64,000 nt of DNA. It comes from Okamejei kenojei (lineage: Eukaryota). Location: the NCBI GenBank assembly GCA_035221665.1, contig CM069162.1:22754001-22818000 (forward strand), read 5' to 3'. The number at the start of each line of letters is the position of its first letter. Positions within the stretch are counted from its first letter, which is position 1. This document shows positions 60,936 through 64,000 of the stretch, in pieces. Made by a program: the position numbers and the translations under genes. The notes below the pieces were generated by a model that was given only the letters and a program-made list of their open reading frames with translations, ran no database searches and was not told the origin of the DNA.

Positions 60936-62309
60936 CTAAGCGTCAGGCCTGGAATTTCCATTTGGATGAATGGGATCTTTGGCCTAGAATCGGGGAGGTA
61001 GATTCCGCAGCATAATGCTACCAATCCATATCAGGCCTCTCTACAGCGCTGGCACCATGAACAATCTGAGGTCTCCCTGCGGCAGGACTGACTGCTGGGG
61101 ATGTCTGAATATCATCGGCACCAGCGACAACCATCTTGTCATGGCATCTCAGCCCATTCCCTGAGCTTTGTAGGCTTTGTCCCATTGAACCAGGTGCAGG
61201 GAATTACGGATAAAAAACACAAAATGCCAATATAAGGTTGGGGACTTAAAACAGTTGCTGTTCTTATGTCCAAGAATACCATCACCTACTGAGAGGTTCC
61301 AGCATTTTCTGTTTTTATTTTACATTTACTGCACTTTGCATTTGTGTGGAACTGTATTTCTGTTGCTTTGCAACCTATAACGCTTCATCCAGTTTTTGCT
61401 ATTCATATTTTTCAGTGGATGTCACTGGAACAATTCGACATAATATTGTCTTTAACTTCTAAATCCCAGAGATATTTGCATGAATTGCAATATCCCACTA
61501 TTGTTCCCGTCTACATCAAGTGCATTCACTTTTATTCACTCTTAATACTTTGGCTTTGGAACCTACTTTGTTCATTGGGAAGCTTCTTCTTGTCGTAGGC
61601 ATTTGCTCGCCATTAACAGTTGCCGCACCGCCTCAAATCAAAACAGCTACTCGCAGACTGAGAACATTGGGATGTGGATGTCAGTGGCCAAGCTAATGTT
61701 TGTTGCTTATCCTGAACTGCCTTTGAAGGTGAAGGCAGTCCAGCTTCCAAGCCATCTTTTTGATGAAGGTGCACCCGTGATGCTGTTGGGAAGGAGGTTT
61801 GAGGAATTAAACCCATTAACAATGAATTCCAAGTCCGGAAACATGCATGTTGGAGATGGTGGCCCAGGTGGTGTCCCATGTGTGTATGGCGCTTGTCTTC
61901 CTCGGTGCTCTGTTTCACGCGGTATACAAAGCAGCCACTGAATGAATGTTCAGGGTGGGGTATGGAGTACCAGTCAAGCAGGGGTTTTGTCTGAGATGGT
62001 GTCATCTTGTCTGCTCCAGCAGTGTCTTGCACCATCAGAGGAAATTTCCATCACTTCACTTTTATTTGCTCTTAAAGCTTTTGCTTAGTGACCATCACTT
62101 TGGAAATCTAGTGTCCTCTATTTGGTTGAGTTTTCATCCATATATTTAGACTTTGCAAAAGATTCAGTTCCTCAATACAACTTTATTTTTTAAAAAGCTA
62201 AACCAGTTTTCATGTTTTTGACCAAATTATTTTTCCAGTTAAGTGCTTTTTGCATTGCACACTATCAAAAAGAATCCTAATTTTATTCTGTTTTTTGCCT
62301 TCTATTTAG

Positions 62310-62438
62310 GTCCCTTTTGACCAAACAGTGTTTAAAAAGTTCAAGAAAGATGAAACTACTTCAGACCATCTGATTACCATCGAGAAGGAGAAACAGTCCG
62401 AATGGTGGAGGTCGTTTTCCTCTCCTTCTGGTGCCAAG
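62310..62438 (+). CDS. SKI: SKI proto-oncogene, internal coding exon (equivalent to human exon 2), 129 nt, phase 0-0
   Basis: Pyrimidine tract + tttAG acceptor; AAG|GTACAG donor. Translation VPFDQTVFKKFKKDETTSDHLITIEKEKQSEWWRSFSSPSGAK aligns with recalled chicken Ski VPSDPPASKKTKIDD...TEKEKQSSWLRSLSSSSNK and splices in frame to the next exon. Confidence 0.85.
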
Positions 62439-63345
62439 GTACAGTACTCAATAATAACTCGAACAAATAACTTCTGTGGAAGCACGGGAGGGAGGAAAAG
62501 CAAGATGCTTATGTTTTGTCCTTTGAAATAGTGAGTGACTTTTGCTCATCTTACAAGAGGTGGGTTTGTTGTGAAATTAGCATCGGGGTTGTTGTGAAAT
62601 TTATGATATAGACTGGAATTGAGCAGAACTGAAGGAGGAACTGGCTGCTGGAAGGTTGGCACATATGCTCCAACTGAGTGGAAAGATTGTGGCAACTGTG
62701 AGGAAGGGGAAGGTTCTTAAAAGAGGAAACACGATGGAGCAAGTTTTATTTTAGCAATCAGATGAAGTTCCTTAAACTTGTTGACGTGTCTATTCTAGAC
62801 ATCCATTCTGTCAAAACTGCTTTTACTTAAGAAATATTATACAAATAAATCTGCTGGTCCATGGGCTCCCAAAGCAAAGGGATCATCTAATCGGAGCTAA
62901 TCCAAGTTTCCACATGGACCAAGAGACATGGGTCATTTTGTTCTTAGCAGCATTGGCTGATTTTGGCCATAGCATTGCCAAGGACACTACACCTGGCATC
63001 TGGACTGACTAGGGAGATGAAAATTTGCACACGGTTCTGGTCATTGATGTTGAAGGGTATTTATTTGAGTTTGAACATATGTAATTATGCATGTACAAGA
63101 CTTTAGTGTCCAGCATGGTTAAGGGTCAGATGTGAATACTGATTACTTAGGAATGGCAGTAAGGTCTGTCAGCAACTCTGAAGTAGCTTCCTAACTACCA
63201 CCTTAAAAACATGAAAATGCAGAGAGAAGGGAGGAAGAGTAGGAAAGCTAAAAAGGCAATATAGTTGGTGAATAATTGATGCAGAATGATTGTAAGGAAA
63301 CTTGTACGACATGAAGAAAACAACATAATATTTATTTTCATACAG

Positions 63346-63470
63346 AATGTTCTAAGCAGCAGTTGTGTACATTCTCAGCAAAGACTCTCTGCCTTCAGAC
63401 CATGGTCACCGGCCACTTCAACAGTTGAGAAAGAAACTCTGCCTCACCTTCCTGCACTGTCCCGAGACAG
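63346..63470 (+). CDS. SKI: SKI proto-oncogene, internal coding exon (equivalent to human exon 3), 125 nt, phase 0-2
   Basis: tttattttcatacAG acceptor; CAG|GTACAG donor. [41 protein letters not shown](S) matches recalled human [42 protein letters not shown]. Confidence 0.92.
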
Positions 63471-63804
63471 GTACAGTATCTGACTGAGCTCAAAGTGAAA
63501 TAGTAGCACGTTTATTAAATCCGAAAGGGATGTTAGCAAAGCTATTGTTGAGTCTGTCACTTAGTTTACATGTTGCTTTAAATAATGACGGGGTGAAGCA
63601 TCTTCCTTCTGAAGACTGGAATCGTGAGTGTTATTTGAAGTGAACTGTTTGTTCAGTCTCACTTCTCTCTGAGGGAGAGGACTGAAGACCAGTTGGAAGG
63701 CAGCTTCCATATGATCTGACCATATTGGCACTCCAAGTCCTGGAACCCAAAAAATATTGTTAATGTCACTGTTTGTGCATCCTTTTGCAGTTTTTATTCT
63801 CACT

Positions 63805-64000
63805 CAGAGGGCTGTGGGTACATGGAACGGGTTGCCAGGGGAAGAAGTTGAGGGGCCAGTACAATGACACATTTAACAGACATTTGGGAAGGTACATGGA
63901 AAGGAAAGGCTCAGAAGGATATAGGCCAAACGTGGGCAGGTGGGACGAGCAGCAATCGGGCATCTTGGGCAGCATGGACAAGTTCAGCCGAAGGGCCCGT
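63805..64000 (+). mobile_element. CR1 LINE 3' fragment, runs off the window
   Basis: cactcagagggctgtgggtacatggaac...atttaacagacatttgg..aggtacatgga...ccgaagggcc. Confidence 0.8.

Noticed and set aside
1-62309. SKI exon 1, or a homologue of the chicken-specific alternative exon
   Set aside because: No Ski/Sno (DHD) or SAND-domain ORF and no match to the recalled chicken cassette peptide; exon 1 presumably lies upstream of the window.
1-64000. CRISPR array, operon or other prokaryotic system
   Set aside because: The sequence is eukaryotic and intronic; no regularly spaced repeats or prokaryotic-type genes.

Overview
Vertebrate DNA, very probably an elasmobranch (skate/ray or shark), judged from HE1-type V-SINEs, HER1/CR1 LINEs and Penelope-like elements (PLEs). 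The only host coding sequence is two + strand exons near the end (62310-62438, 63346-63470). They match exons 2 and 3 of the proto-oncogene SKI (EKEKQSxWxRS; [16 protein letters not shown]...LPALxRDS), so bases 1-62309 are most likely the distal part of SKI's very long first intron. The intron is about one-third repeats: a young 5'-truncated CR1, a GIY-YIG Penelope fragment with a 14-bp TSD, ~15 PLE-terminal-repeat elements carrying minimal hammerhead ribozyme motifs, 15 V-SINEs, a non-autonomous Helitron with a nested MITE, and a hAT-like composite element. Between them lie TE-free blocks that look like enhancers. Best leads: a candidate recursive splice site (CAG|GTAAGT at 9990/9991 after an ~80-nt AG-free tract); a 22-bp palindrome inside an 8-bp TSD that resembles a P-element excision footprint (54483-54520); the hammerhead-bearing fold-back family; and two isolated near-perfect hairpins (22808-22862; T-shaped 31634-31689). 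All homology calls rest on recalled sequences and motifs, not database searches. Repeat boundaries without TSDs are approximate.
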